This document shows positions 45,847-55,875 of a stretch of DNA of 63,993 nt, piece after piece. How positions within the stretch are numbered: position 1 is the stretch's first letter; each line of letters starts with the position of its first letter. Under the pieces are notes generated by a model, which had not been told where the DNA came from, searched no databases, and worked only from the letters and a program-made list of their open reading frames with translations. The translations under genes were made by a program, and so were the position numbers. The DNA lies in IMG/VR virus record IMGVR_UViG_3300020432_000008, positions 1 to 63,993 of that record. One strand, written 5' to 3'. The stretch comes from a virus (lineage: Duplodnaviria > Caudoviricetes).

Positions 45847-46030
45847 TCTTGATTTGTGCTTCTCTAGCTTTTTGTTTTAGATTTTCTTCTTCAATGTGTA
45901 ATCTAAGTAATCCAACATAGATATCCCTTTCCCAAGGCGGCATATTCTCAATTTCTGCTAGAGAATATTTATGGAACTGCATGAGAGCAAAATTGATTCG
46001 GAAGTATGTCTCAAGATTCATATGAGACAT
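45839..46030 (-). CDS. gp51: baseplate hub assembly catalyst
   Basis: NFALMQFHKYSLAEIENMPPWERDIYV. Confidence 0.88.
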   Translation of the reverse strand: MSHMNLETYFRINFALMQFHKYSLAEIENMPPWERDIYVGLLRLHIEEENLKQKAREAQIKNG

Positions 46031-46032
46031 AC

Positions 46033-46749
46033 CTAGGCGAAAAAATCCGTTAGCCCCTCTAGTATTACAGTGTTTTCTTTCTTGGTGTTAGGATTGACTA
46101 CCTTTAAAGTATGTTGTAGTTTGGGCATAGTTTCAAAAAACTTTTCGATCTTTGCAAACTGTGCTGATGTCAATGATTCGACCCATTCTTTGAGTTCTTT
46201 TTTAGTACACTCAGCTGCTGAGAACATATCTTTTTCATTATATACCATATCAATACATGATGATATAATCTCAAATGACTGCTCAACAGCGTCGTTATCA
46301 TCTGTAAAATTGTTTTCAATAAACTGAGTAAGAGAAGGGTACTTCATCTTGACAGTGTATCCATCACCAATTTCAATATCTGTAGTATGTTCCTCTGATG
46401 TAATGACTTCTATATCATTGATAGGAACATTGACTGAAACCTCAGTCTTTCCATCATCTCCACATGTGACAATTAGATCTATTGATTCACCAACAGACTT
46501 TCCACGAATATTCAAAAACAAATATTCAATATCAAAGGCAGGGAGTTGTTCTACCTTGATCCCTCTCGTAATTACACAGGCTTTGATGACCTGTTTAACT
46601 GCGTTAGTGATCTCTTTTTGGTTTCCACTTTCTAAAGCAAGTATGAGTATCTTTTCTTCTTTCACCAAAAACGGTCTGTACTTTACAGTCTTTCCGTTTG
46701 AAGGTAATACCAATTCATGCTCAGAGGTTGTAATCTTGGGTAAAGGCAT
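46033..46749 (-). CDS. gp26: baseplate hub subunit
   Basis: MPLPKI...YRPFLVKEEKIL...FDIEYLFLNIRGKSVGE...LEGLTDFF. Confidence 0.92.
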   Translation of the reverse strand: MPLPKITTSEHELVLPSNGKTVKYRPFLVKEEKILILALESGNQKEITNAVKQVIKACVITRGIKVEQLPAFDIEYLFLNIRGKSVGESIDLIVTCGDDGKTEVSVNVPINDIEVITSEEHTTDIEIGDGYTVKMKYPSLTQFIENNFTDDNDAVEQSFEIISSCIDMVYNEKDMFSAAECTKKELKEWVESLTSAQFAKIEKFFETMPKLQHTLKVVNPNTKKENTVILEGLTDFFA

Positions 46750-46772
46750 AATAAGTAATTATTCTTTATTAT

Positions 46773-48053
46773 TTAGAGGGGTTTTACGGCCTCCATTTTA
46801 ACATCTATCCTACCATAATAGACTCCTAAGAATCCATTTGGACACATAGTAACTGCTTCTGGATGTGACTCAAGAAGTTCTTGTGCCAATACTCCACGAT
46901 ATCTCTGTGATTTACCAATGTAATTCCATTCATAAACATTGATACCAGATGGTGAGTTACCTACCTTAATGATATTTTCTTTGAGTTTCATATCACTCGC
47001 CATAGGACCATTTTCTTGGCCAGCTGGAGCAGTATTTGCGATTTTAACATTCAACTTATTATTACCGTCACTAAGCACTTGACCTTGCTCACCAGCTTTA
47101 GGATTTGCTGGATCACTGCGATCTGTTTGGGTATTTCCAACTTGTGATTGGTTAGTTACTATGATATATCTGTCATAAGCAAATTCTACCGTTACTTGTA
47201 AAACTGTTGAGTTCTGATAAGTTAACGCTACATCCTGTATAGATGTAGGAAAAGCATTTATAAATTTATAACTTATCGCTTCTGGGTCGAACGCACCATA
47301 CTTCTTATTCATTTGGAATCGATCTTCATCACTGAATACTCGTACGAATGGATTGTCATCACCCTTATCTTCTTGTGGAGTAGTAGTATAAGTGTTTAAT
47401 TGAGATTGGATTGCACCCACATTCCTTTCAAATTTAGTAATAGTCAAACTTTTCTTGTATTCATTTGGATATCTGAATCTATGAAAAGAATTTGAATCGG
47501 TTGCATGTGGGTATCCAGATGGATATCCACTGGTAAGTCTTACATCGTTAGCAGTTGATTCAGAAAAACCAGCTTTGTAGTATAGTGGGTTCATGAAATT
47601 AATCCACTCTTGGAATAATCTCAAAGAAGCATAATCCGATGGAATATAGTAAGTTATAGCAATATCATTATATGCCCTCTGTGTAGCAAATCTTTCAGTT
47701 ATACCTTGTCTACTTCCTTTTTCCTCTAAAACAGACATCGATGTCCCAGGCAATATTGCTTCTGTTGCTAACAAAGAATATCTACGCATAGCGTATGGAG
47801 TATTAAATACTCCACATGATGTCAACCAATTTTCTAAACTCTCTTCAGCACCGTCTGAATTACTAGTTCCCATTGCTAAATCTAAATTAACAATATAAAA
47901 GCTAGAAAGAGATGGAGCCCCCAATGCAGTTTGGAAGTCTTCTTGAAATGCAAGATCAAATTGACCTTTCTCAATACCATCAGGCGTTGTGCCTGCATTA
48001 AATGGTCTTATCTTCTGAAAATAATTCTTATTCGTCTGTCTATCTATTCCCAT
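46773..48053 (-). CDS. tail tube initiator (gp54/gp19-like) with C-terminal S74-like domain
   Basis: EAILPG, FQEWINF, FRYPNEY, FINAFPTSI, VTVEFAYDRY; then SDMKLKENI...GVLAQE. Confidence 0.75.
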   Translation of the reverse strand: MGIDRQTNKNYFQKIRPFNAGTTPDGIEKGQFDLAFQEDFQTALGAPSLSSFYIVNLDLAMGTSNSDGAEESLENWLTSCGVFNTPYAMRRYSLLATEAILPGTSMSVLEEKGSRQGITERFATQRAYNDIAITYYIPSDYASLRLFQEWINFMNPLYYKAGFSESTANDVRLTSGYPSGYPHATDSNSFHRFRYPNEYKKSLTITKFERNVGAIQSQLNTYTTTPQEDKGDDNPFVRVFSDEDRFQMNKKYGAFDPEAISYKFINAFPTSIQDVALTYQNSTVLQVTVEFAYDRYIIVTNQSQVGNTQTDRSDPANPKAGEQGQVLSDGNNKLNVKIANTAPAGQENGPMASDMKLKENIIKVGNSPSGINVYEWNYIGKSQRYRGVLAQELLESHPEAVTMCPNGFLGVYYGRIDVKMEAVKPL

Positions 48054-48086
48054 CTAAATAAAGTTATGACTTACCATACTATGTAT

Positions 48087-48545
48087 ATGGCTTATAAGGG
48101 TAAATTTAAACCAAAACATATAAAAAAGTATAAGGGAGATCCCACTCAGATCATTTATCGTTCTCTTTGGGAGAAAAAGTTCATGGAGTATTGTGATTTA
48201 ACAGAAAATATAAGTCAATGGCAATCAGAAGAATTTTTCATACCATATAAAAATCCTTTAGATAGAAAAGTACACAGATATTTTCCAGATTTCTTTATCA
48301 AATATCAAGATGCAAACGGTAAGAAAAGGTCTGTAGTGATTGAAGTCAAACCAAAGAAACAATGTAAAGCCCCACCTAAGAATCCAAAGAGAAGAACTAA
48401 GGCATGGGCTCATGATGTACAGACATGGGTTATTAATCAAGCGAAGTGGGAAGCAGCAGAACAATACTGTGCTGATAGAAAGTATGAATTTAAGATCATG
48501 ACCGAAGACGATTTAGGTATTTCACATGATCGCAGAAGATATTAG
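48087..48545 (+). CDS. gp4: head completion nuclease
   Basis: MAYKGKFKP...IIYRSLWE...HRYFPDF...IEVKP...NQAKW. Confidence 0.92.
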   Translation: MAYKGKFKPKHIKKYKGDPTQIIYRSLWEKKFMEYCDLTENISQWQSEEFFIPYKNPLDRKVHRYFPDFFIKYQDANGKKRSVVIEVKPKKQCKAPPKNPKRRTKAWAHDVQTWVINQAKWEAAEQYCADRKYEFKIMTEDDLGISHDRRRY

Positions 48546-49020
48546 ACAACAGGCCAGTAATAGAAACAGAAGTGGTGCATGGTATGTTAATGCACTATCT
48601 AATGCCTTATCAGAGGTGCAGAATCCAGATGTTAGTACACAAGATACTGGAGGAATATCTATTGGTGATTTATTTTTCTTCTCATATAGTCCATCTTTCC
48701 CAGAAAGATACGAGTTTTGGGATACTCAACCACTCGCAGTAGCACTTACTTTCTATCGAGATGGGTTTCTTGGATGCAATTTACACTATGTAAATCCAGA
48801 TTATCGTGGTTCCGTTGCAATGAGCTTACTAAATAGCGGTGGCGGAGCATCCGTGCCTAAAAATACCATACACAAATATCTGTATTCTGGTATAGGAAAC
48901 TTACAAAAAGTTCCTAGAACTGAAGATTGGGGGGAGATCTCTGAATTACCAACAGAACAGTTTATAAATCAAAATGGTATGAAATATCCCAAGTATAGAG
49001 CTTTTAACTGGAAGAAATGA
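48526..49020 (+). CDS. gp2: DNA end protector protein
   Basis: FFFSY...WDTQPL...GFLGCNLHY; follows gp4. Confidence 0.8.
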   Translation: MIAEDIRQQASNRNRSGAWYVNALSNALSEVQNPDVSTQDTGGISIGDLFFFSYSPSFPERYEFWDTQPLAVALTFYRDGFLGCNLHYVNPDYRGSVAMSLLNSGGGASVPKNTIHKYLYSGIGNLQKVPRTEDWGEISELPTEQFINQNGMKYPKYRAFNWKK

Positions 49021-50681
49021 CAGATCCTAGATTTCCAAATAACGTTTCCGTATACGGAGTAGAAGTAGAAACAGATACTGTCATTAAGCAAACAGTAGGT
49101 GGGAAGGTGCAAGAATATAGAACTTTCTACAAAGACGGAAATACTACAATCCGTCCTGTTAACGATAAAGGTGAAGTACTACTTCCTCCAGACGATGAAC
49201 CAATATACACAAACGGAGTCTGGGATCAAAGTAAAATAACGGAACCAAATGTCAATAGTAGGGGTAGAAAAACAAATGTAACCATAGCTGGATTGCAATC
49301 AGAGACAGGAGTATTCCCACCATCTACAGCTGAAAGCACAATATATACGGGCGTTATAAACCAACAACTCAAAGATTCAACAAAAAATCACGCCAACGCA
49401 GTTGGTGATGCTGTACCATCATATACAACAATATCAGAATATTCAACCGAAATCACAAGAGAAATAAATCGACTTGAAGCAGAGTTGGCTCAATCAACAA
49501 ATAATAAAGACAGAAACGCACTAACTAAGAAGATTAGGAGTCTACAAGAAAAATTAGATTCAGAAAATGATTTGTTGTTACCAGACGGAGCTACTGGTGT
49601 TCTTGCGAGGGGACAAGAAAATTACGATAGTGAAGAAGATATAATGTTTTATCAAACTGTGAAGTATCCAATGGATATGTCTGATCAACAGGATCGTTTT
49701 TCTATAACATGTTACTCATATCAAGCTCCTTACGCTACTGCAACTGAGAAAAGTAATATAGGATCGGCATACGGAGTTCAAAGATCATCACCATACAGAA
49801 AGAAGTTAGGTGCTGGACTCTTGTTACCCATGCCTAATAATATGGTAGATGGTAATGCAAGAAAATGGGAAGAAGACAATATAAACAACCAAGCATTAGA
49901 TGCTGTAAGAGCATCGATGAGTAACGGTATGTCGCAAATCATAGCGGGTAAACTTGGTCTCGGTGGATTCCAAGCTTTCCTTAAGAATACTATGGGAACT
50001 CTTAGAAGTGCAACTCAGCAGTCTGGTAGGCAAGAATTATTTGCAAACGAGATTAGTCAATTAGTTGGCGATATGGGATATGATGTAAGTGCAGACACTA
50101 TATTAAGTAGAACTGCTGGTGTAATTGCCAATGCAAATACAGAACTACTATTCGCTGGTGTTTCTTTACGATCATTTGAGTTTAACTGGTTGATGAGTCC
50201 AAGAGATCTAAGAGAGGCAGCACAGGTAAGAATGATAATTCGTGCTTTGAAACAATGGTCTGCTCCTAGAAAGTTAAAAAAACTAGTGTCTGGAAAAGAT
50301 GGTGCGGATGCAAGAGGAACTGGACAGGCTGGTGGTCCTAGTTACTTCTTAGGAACTCCAAACATATTCAGACTAAGATATCTTACCAATGGCAACAAAG
50401 ATATTCTTGGTGTCAATAAATTCAAACCATGTGCTTTAACTGATATAAACCTTAACTACACTCCAGAGGGAATGTGGATGGCGTATCAGGATGGTCAACC
50501 TGTCGCTGTACAGATGTCACTTAAATTTAATGAATTAGAACCTATATACAACACAGATTATAGTGATAAGATAACGCCAGGTAGATCATTTGATAAGAGT
50601 AATCCTGATTCAACAGGAGATTTAATGCCTATAAGTCTTATAAGACAAGACACACCTTACACAGCTGACGTAGGATACTAA
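49017..50681 (+). CDS. gp48: baseplate tail tube cap
   Basis: KYP...LPMP...ELLFAGVSLRSFEF...KFKPCALTDINLNYTP...FNELEP. Confidence 0.88.
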   Translation: MTDPRFPNNVSVYGVEVETDTVIKQTVGGKVQEYRTFYKDGNTTIRPVNDKGEVLLPPDDEPIYTNGVWDQSKITEPNVNSRGRKTNVTIAGLQSETGVFPPSTAESTIYTGVINQQLKDSTKNHANAVGDAVPSYTTISEYSTEITREINRLEAELAQSTNNKDRNALTKKIRSLQEKLDSENDLLLPDGATGVLARGQENYDSEEDIMFYQTVKYPMDMSDQQDRFSITCYSYQAPYATATEKSNIGSAYGVQRSSPYRKKLGAGLLLPMPNNMVDGNARKWEEDNINNQALDAVRASMSNGMSQIIAGKLGLGGFQAFLKNTMGTLRSATQQSGRQELFANEISQLVGDMGYDVSADTILSRTAGVIANANTELLFAGVSLRSFEFNWLMSPRDLREAAQVRMIIRALKQWSAPRKLKKLVSGKDGADARGTGQAGGPSYFLGTPNIFRLRYLTNGNKDILGVNKFKPCALTDINLNYTPEGMWMAYQDGQPVAVQMSLKFNELEPIYNTDYSDKITPGRSFDKSNPDSTGDLMPISLIRQDTPYTADVGY

Positions 50682-50682
50682 A

Positions 50683-51435
50683 ATGCAAGGATATTTTTCT
50701 TATCTACCAAATATAAATTACGTTTCTAGATCTACCGATAGGAGTTCTAATGATGAATTTATACAAGTTAAAAACATTTTTAGAAGAGCTAAGATCCGTG
50801 ATGACATGTTGAATATTGTCACAGGTTTTGATGACTATACAATCGTGGGTGATGGAAGGCCAGAACAAGTGGCACAAAAGTTATATGGAGATCCTAGATT
50901 TGATTGGGTTGTATTGATAGCAAATAATATTACAAAAATAAGAGATCAATGGCCTCTCACCGAAAATGATTTTAGAAATTATCTTCTTGACAAATATGGT
51001 AGTGATGAAAAATTAGCAGAGATACATCACTATGAAACTAAAATATTAACAGATGATAATGGTAGATTGGTTGTTCCAAGAGGATTAAGAGTTGATTCTA
51101 ATTTCAACATGAGATATTTGGAAAGAAACCCTGTGAGAGAGACAACAGTTTCATATAGTGGTATATCTCTAAATGATACATCAACTGTTGACAATGCTGG
51201 AACTGTAAAAGATGCCAATGGTAATACTATTATTCACAGTAATATATTCCCAGTATCAAACTACATGTATGAATTAGATATAAATGATTCCAAAAGAAGA
51301 ATAAGAGTCATAAGACCAACGTTTCTAGATCGTGTGGTATCAGATATGCAAGATGTGATGAAATACAAAAAGTCATCACAATATGTCAATAAGCGACTTA
51401 AAAATGCAGACAACCCCAGACTAAGGGGAGGCTAA
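50683..51435 (+). CDS. gp53: baseplate wedge subunit
   Basis: YFSYLPN...KNIFRR...RPEQVA..LYG...WVVLIAN...IHHYET. Confidence 0.92.
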   Translation: MQGYFSYLPNINYVSRSTDRSSNDEFIQVKNIFRRAKIRDDMLNIVTGFDDYTIVGDGRPEQVAQKLYGDPRFDWVVLIANNITKIRDQWPLTENDFRNYLLDKYGSDEKLAEIHHYETKILTDDNGRLVVPRGLRVDSNFNMRYLERNPVRETTVSYSGISLNDTSTVDNAGTVKDANGNTIIHSNIFPVSNYMYELDINDSKRRIRVIRPTFLDRVVSDMQDVMKYKKSSQYVNKRLKNADNPRLRGG

Positions 51436-51466
51436 AAAAAAAGGGGTCGTGAGACCCCTTTCTTAT
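51434..51466. terminator. bidirectional intrinsic terminator
   Basis: A-tract-GGGGTC-GTGA-GACCCC-TTTCTT between convergent gp53 and gp32. Confidence 0.85.
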
Positions 51467-51469
51467 TGT

Positions 51470-52384
51470 TTACTCTTCTGCGAGTTTCTGGAAGTAACTT
51501 AGTGCGTCATCTTCCTCCTCGTCGGTTGCAGATGCGGTTGCAGCTGCGGAAAGATTAGCAAGTTCTTCATCTACAGTAGCACCTTTACCCTCACTCAAAT
51601 CTTCTAGATCTTCATCAGCGATTCTTCGTGTAGGAGTAACTACTTGTTTAGTTCCAAGAACTGTATCTAAACGTGACTTAAGTTGCTCATATGTCTTGAA
51701 CTGGTCAGGAGCAGTGAACTCACTGAGGTCATAGATCTTATCATAGATCTTTTCTAACTCAGCATCATCATCTAACAATGCTTCTGTCTTACCAAACTCT
51801 GAACTATCGTAATTCCAGAATCCAGCGACCTGTTTGATCTTCAACTTGAAGTTAGCACCTTGCCAAAAATCAAATGGATTGATTGCTTCTTCATCATCGA
51901 ACTCAGGTTGCATTGCAGCAGTGATCTTATCAAAGATCTTCTTACCAAACTTGTATAGTTTGACTTCTCCTTCGTTCTCAGGATTGATAGAATCCTTTAC
52001 AACATAGACGTTTGCATAGTAAGAAAGCTTACGCTTTTGCTTACGAGCAATATCTTTGTCTGATTCTCTACCACTGTTCCAGAGACTTCTGTTGAGTTCT
52101 CCTACAGGATCATCCTTACCAATAGTGGTTAAACTATTCTCAATATACCAACCGCCTGTTCCTTGGAAAGCGTGACTCCAAACTTGAGTCCATGGCAGTT
52201 CACAATTAGCATGTGCAGGGAGGAATCGAATAACTGCGTATCCGTTACCCGCTTTATCTACAGCTGGTTTCCAAAGACGTTCATCAGTATTGTTACCCTT
52301 CTCATTTAGTTTCTCAACTTTCTTCATTAACCTTTCGGTTAAAGAACCTGAGCGGGATTGTTTCTTTAATGCAGCAAATGACAT
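51470..52384 (-). CDS. gp32: single-stranded DNA binding protein
   Basis: DERLWKP...GNGYAVIRFLP...WYIENSLTT...YKFGKKIFDK; acidic tail. Confidence 0.95.
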   Translation of the reverse strand: MSFAALKKQSRSGSLTERLMKKVEKLNEKGNNTDERLWKPAVDKAGNGYAVIRFLPAHANCELPWTQVWSHAFQGTGGWYIENSLTTIGKDDPVGELNRSLWNSGRESDKDIARKQKRKLSYYANVYVVKDSINPENEGEVKLYKFGKKIFDKITAAMQPEFDDEEAINPFDFWQGANFKLKIKQVAGFWNYDSSEFGKTEALLDDDAELEKIYDKIYDLSEFTAPDQFKTYEQLKSRLDTVLGTKQVVTPTRRIADEDLEDLSEGKGATVDEELANLSAAATASATDEEEDDALSYFQKLAEE

Positions 52385-52423
52385 TTAGTATTCTCCGTAT
52401 TTTTGTATTGTTGGATTGTTTGT

Positions 52424-52452
52424 ATTATATCAGATAATTATGTATTAGTCAA
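52424..52452 (-). promoter_or_regulatory. sigma70 promoter of gp32
   Basis: TTGACT-N17-TATAAT followed by A/C-rich leader and GGAG. Confidence 0.8.
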
Positions 52453-52793
52453 TCAGGTAGATTGGCTTCTAGTTTATCTAGAGTTACAGATAGTGTATCA
52501 AAAAATTCTGCAATATTTTGATTTGGTTGTAAACCTAGAAACCTAGCAGATTCTAAAATCTGTTCTTTCATTTCAATCGCATCTTCGTCTTCCTTCTCTA
52601 GTGACAATCTGAACATAAAGTTCTTTTGCTTTTCGAGAAGTTCTCTCATCTTGCTAATGTGTAAAAGTCCTTCCTGTTGTGATTGAGGATGCCTCATACC
52701 ATTGATCGCAAGACCTGTCATAATATCTTCTTGTAACTGCTGTATCTCTGCCATGGCAGCTCTTACAGGAGCAGACTTGAAAAATTCACTCAT
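52449..52793 (-). CDS. DUF1825-like protein
   Basis: FFxS..V..., LLEKQK.FMFRLSL; usual position upstream of gp32. Confidence 0.75.
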   Translation of the reverse strand: MSEFFKSAPVRAAMAEIQQLQEDIMTGLAINGMRHPQSQQEGLLHISKMRELLEKQKNFMFRLSLEKEDEDAIEMKEQILESARFLGLQPNQNIAEFFDTLSVTLDKLEANLPD

Positions 52794-52813
52794 TGTACGA
52801 CTCTAATACATAA

Positions 52814-53101
52814 CTATTTATCAGTTTTAGATACCCACATCGGTAGGTATATCAGGGTAAATGCACTACCCCAGAAGGCGAGAAAGACGTATAAATGACT
52901 ACCTCTATGAGGTGAAAATGCAAACCCCAAAGCGGTCACAATTACCCAAACGTAGTCTACTATACCATGAAAGGTTTGCCAACCATCACCATATTTTTCT
53001 ATAAGATTATCTCTCTGTTTTGCAGCCCAAGGCGATACATGCCTCATCATCACAAATCCCTCATTGAGAAACATGATAGTGAACCCTATCCAGAATATCA
53101 T
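52814..53101 (-). CDS. small membrane protein
   Basis: three hydrophobic segments; ATGA-coupled to gp33. Confidence 0.7.
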   Translation of the reverse strand: MIFWIGFTIMFLNEGFVMMRHVSPWAAKQRDNLIEKYGDGWQTFHGIVDYVWVIVTALGFAFSPHRGSHLYVFLAFWGSAFTLIYLPMWVSKTDK

Positions 53102-53352
53102 AGCGGTAATTTAGATTTAGAAGTTCTTTTAAGATAATTTAGTTCAGTTGCTTCTGCTTTCAATTTATCCTTAAGTGGTTTCGCTATCAATTTACCTACT
53201 GACTCAAATTCTATATTATTTTCCTCACAATAACTCACTAAAGCCTCAATGTAATTGAGTTCAGTAGTGAGAACAAGTTGCTCGATATCAGTTGTAAATT
53301 TATTCTGATCGAGAAATTTCTCTTTTATGAGTTCATTAACTTCTTTCTCCAT
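53098..53352 (-). CDS. gp33: late transcription coactivator
   Basis: YIEALVSYCEENNIEFESVGKLIAKPLKDKLKAEATELNYL; start MEKEV after GGAG. Confidence 0.88.
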   Translation of the reverse strand: MEKEVNELIKEKFLDQNKFTTDIEQLVLTTELNYIEALVSYCEENNIEFESVGKLIAKPLKDKLKAEATELNYLKRTSKSKLPL

Positions 53353-54022
53353 ACTCTCCGAGCTTGTGGGTGACGAATTCTTTAATATACTTGGTAAGAA
53401 GTTTAATATACTCACCTTTGTTTCGTTTTTCATAAACTTTCACATCTCCATTATCAGCAACCATTAGGGTTACAATCTTCTTAACAGGTGTGCCTGTCAT
53501 TTCATAATACATGCAGGCATAGGCAGTTTCTTGTACGAAGTAGTTCTCCAACCACTTCTCTGGTTTAATTTTCTTAGATGTTTTAAAATCTATTACTGCG
53601 AGTTCTCCTTCGTATTCGGCGATACAATCAACTCTTCCAGCAATGCCGAAATACTCACTATATAGGGGTTTTTCTAAAGCGTGAATATTATCTATATTGT
53701 TTAAAGCGTCTCTTGCTGCAATCCACCTTGCCTTGGTGGTCGGTAATACGTTCTTTAAGGAATTAATATCTTCATTTAAAAGATATTTTTCAACCAAATC
53801 ATGAAACTTAGTGCCCCTGTCGGTGGCAACTTTTGTTATTTTGTTTGCTTGTTCCTCACCTACTTTCTCTCTCCAGTTCTTGAATATCTGACGATTATAG
53901 AAACTAGTTATGGAAGTAATAGAAGGAGCCTTTTTTCCACTTGGAAGAGTGTAATATCTGACTCCATCTATGGTATTGGCTTCTAACTCAAAATCACCAA
54001 GTTTATTCAAGTGGGTAAACAT
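53336..54022 (-). CDS. PD-(D/E)XK exonuclease
   Basis: PSITS, RGTKFH, AGRVDCIA, IDFKTS, YFVQ. Confidence 0.88.
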   Translation of the reverse strand: MFTHLNKLGDFELEANTIDGVRYYTLPSGKKAPSITSITSFYNRQIFKNWREKVGEEQANKITKVATDRGTKFHDLVEKYLLNEDINSLKNVLPTTKARWIAARDALNNIDNIHALEKPLYSEYFGIAGRVDCIAEYEGELAVIDFKTSKKIKPEKWLENYFVQETAYACMYYEMTGTPVKKIVTLMVADNGDVKVYEKRNKGEYIKLLTKYIKEFVTHKLGEYGERS

Positions 54023-54783
54023 TATAAAGACAAAGCGAGTTTAGTAACCAAATAGTTTCTTACTAGACCTGAGCGAACAATGTCATCTAAACCAAATTCA
54101 ATTACACCAAAATCATCTTCCATGATTTCGATGATGCGTTTAAAGTCTAAGATGCCATTCTTCTCATTGGACTTTGTAAGATCCGTTTGAGTAGAGTCAC
54201 CACAAAACAATATTTTACAGTTATCTCCTACTCTTGTTATTATACTATCTAATTCATGAAAATTCAAGTTTTGCATCTCATCTACTAACACAATGCAATT
54301 ATCAAGTGTTGTTCCCCTGATAAAAGATGTACTCCAGAATGAAATAGTCTCTTGAGCTTTTAAATTACCGTATAACATTTCAAAGTCATTGTCTGAGGGC
54401 ATCTCAAACATATACTTCACCATATTCTTATATGGAATCTGGTAGAGTGATGACTTATCCTCATGGTCGCCTGGCAAGAAACCAATCTCTCTTGTGGAGA
54501 CCAATGACCTAACAATATACACCTTATCATATGGTGTCATTTCGTCAAGTACATCTTTAAGTGCAAGATATAAACTGATAAATGTCTTACCAGTACCAGC
54601 ACAACCATATGCAAAAAGGTTCTTTCCTTTAGCATACTCTTCAAAAAGAATCTTCTGATTATCTGTGATAGGTTCTACATCAACCAACATACCATTGTTG
54701 ATTGGTCTCTTCCTACGCATCTGTTTAGCTGTCATCCCTGCACCAACAGTGCTGTTAGTATTCCTTCTTTTTTTAGTTGACAT
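54022..54783 (-). CDS. phoH: PhoH family ATPase
   Basis: GCAGTGKT, IGFLPG, RGTT, DEMQN, GDSTQTDL, DIVRSGLV. Confidence 0.95.
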   Translation of the reverse strand: MSTKKRRNTNSTVGAGMTAKQMRRKRPINNGMLVDVEPITDNQKILFEEYAKGKNLFAYGCAGTGKTFISLYLALKDVLDEMTPYDKVYIVRSLVSTREIGFLPGDHEDKSSLYQIPYKNMVKYMFEMPSDNDFEMLYGNLKAQETISFWSTSFIRGTTLDNCIVLVDEMQNLNFHELDSIITRVGDNCKILFCGDSTQTDLTKSNEKNGILDFKRIIEIMEDDFGVIEFGLDDIVRSGLVRNYLVTKLALSL

Positions 54784-55042
54784 TAATACCTCTATTGGCT
54801 AAACGACCCTTTACTCCACCAGCTTTTTCAGATTTCTTCAGAATCTCACTCCAGCCTGGATGTTTGTTGTTGAGTTTATCTTTCCACTCCCCAACTTCTC
54901 CTACGCCTGGAACTGTGGATGGATCTGAGTAATCCCTTGTCCAATCGGGATTGTCCTCTTTCCATTGATCCCACTCCATGATACTCATTACAACCTCTTT
55001 CTGTTCACCAGTTTTTGTGTTGACTACAGGGTATGTTGCCAT
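54773..55042 (-). CDS. conserved cyanophage hypothetical protein
   Basis: MATYPVVNTKTGEQKEV...; usual position between thyX and phoH. Confidence 0.8.
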   Translation of the reverse strand: MATYPVVNTKTGEQKEVVMSIMEWDQWKEDNPDWTRDYSDPSTVPGVGEVGEWKDKLNNKHPGWSEILKKSEKAGGVKGRLANRGINVN

Positions 55043-55731
55043 TAAGTTTCTTCTCCGTGAAGTTCTTTTTTGATTTGTTTTTGAATCTCGACCACTCCAT
55101 TTCTCCATTCTAATGCTTCGGAAACAATAGGAAACTGTTCTATGAATACAGTTTTACACGCCTGTGCAATGTCCATGTGTTCCTTCTGAGTTCCGTTGGC
55201 GGATCTCAACTCAATATAATGAATCCATGATCTACAAGAACCTGTCATATAGATTCTTGTTGGTGTGCAAAGTGGTAAGACCATTCTGGCACATTCTTTT
55301 GCAACTCCTTCCTCTAACATCTGTTGATATAGGGCGGTTGCAGAGTCAAATAAAGTCTTCATTTGTAATTCCAACTTCTGTTTGACAAACTCATCAAGAT
55401 CGTCTGTAGAGTTTTGACGATTCTTTAAATCTTGTTTCCTAAGTTTAGGAATAGGAATAATCCCTAACTGTGTACTATCAGCGTAACGTTGACTAAACTC
55501 TTGAAATGTAAATGATCTATGGCGAAGTATCTGTGCTGCAATGGCACGAGTTGTCTCTATCTCAAGAGTCATACTAGATTGTTCAAATACTGACCAATGA
55601 TTATGCTTGATACAGTATTTTAATAGTCCAGCGAACTTTTCATTGTCCTGATTAGCAGGGTTAGAAACTCTAGCAATATGTGCCATTGTTTTCTCTGCGT
55701 CAGGCGTAACTGTTACTAACTTTACATCCAT
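55042..55731 (-). CDS. thyX: flavin-dependent thymidylate synthase
   Basis: HWSVFE, RHRSFTFQEFSQRY, ARMVLP. Confidence 0.96.
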   Translation of the reverse strand: MDVKLVTVTPDAEKTMAHIARVSNPANQDNEKFAGLLKYCIKHNHWSVFEQSSMTLEIETTRAIAAQILRHRSFTFQEFSQRYADSTQLGIIPIPKLRKQDLKNRQNSTDDLDEFVKQKLELQMKTLFDSATALYQQMLEEGVAKECARMVLPLCTPTRIYMTGSCRSWIHYIELRSANGTQKEHMDIAQACKTVFIEQFPIVSEALEWRNGVVEIQKQIKKELHGEET

Positions 55732-55874
55732 TACATTTCTTCTTGATCTGCATAGGTGACACGGTGTTCACCACCATTGACATAAGCAGTAGGATCAGAA
55801 TAAACTTCTGCTTCCAACTCCTCGATTACAGTTTTCAAATTCTTAATTATAAGTTTTAAGTGGTTCTTGTCCAT
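55731..55874 (-). CDS. small conserved hypothetical protein (47 aa)
   Basis: MDKNHLKLIIKNLKTVIEELEAEVYSD...; TAATG-coupled to thyX. Confidence 0.7.
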   Translation of the reverse strand: MDKNHLKLIIKNLKTVIEELEAEVYSDPTAYVNGGEHRVTYADQEEM

Positions 55875-55875
55875 G

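Noticed and set aside
53336-54022. Cas4 / CRISPR adaptation gene
   Set aside because: Lacks the Fe-S cysteine cluster; standard cyanophage exonuclease next to phoH; no array
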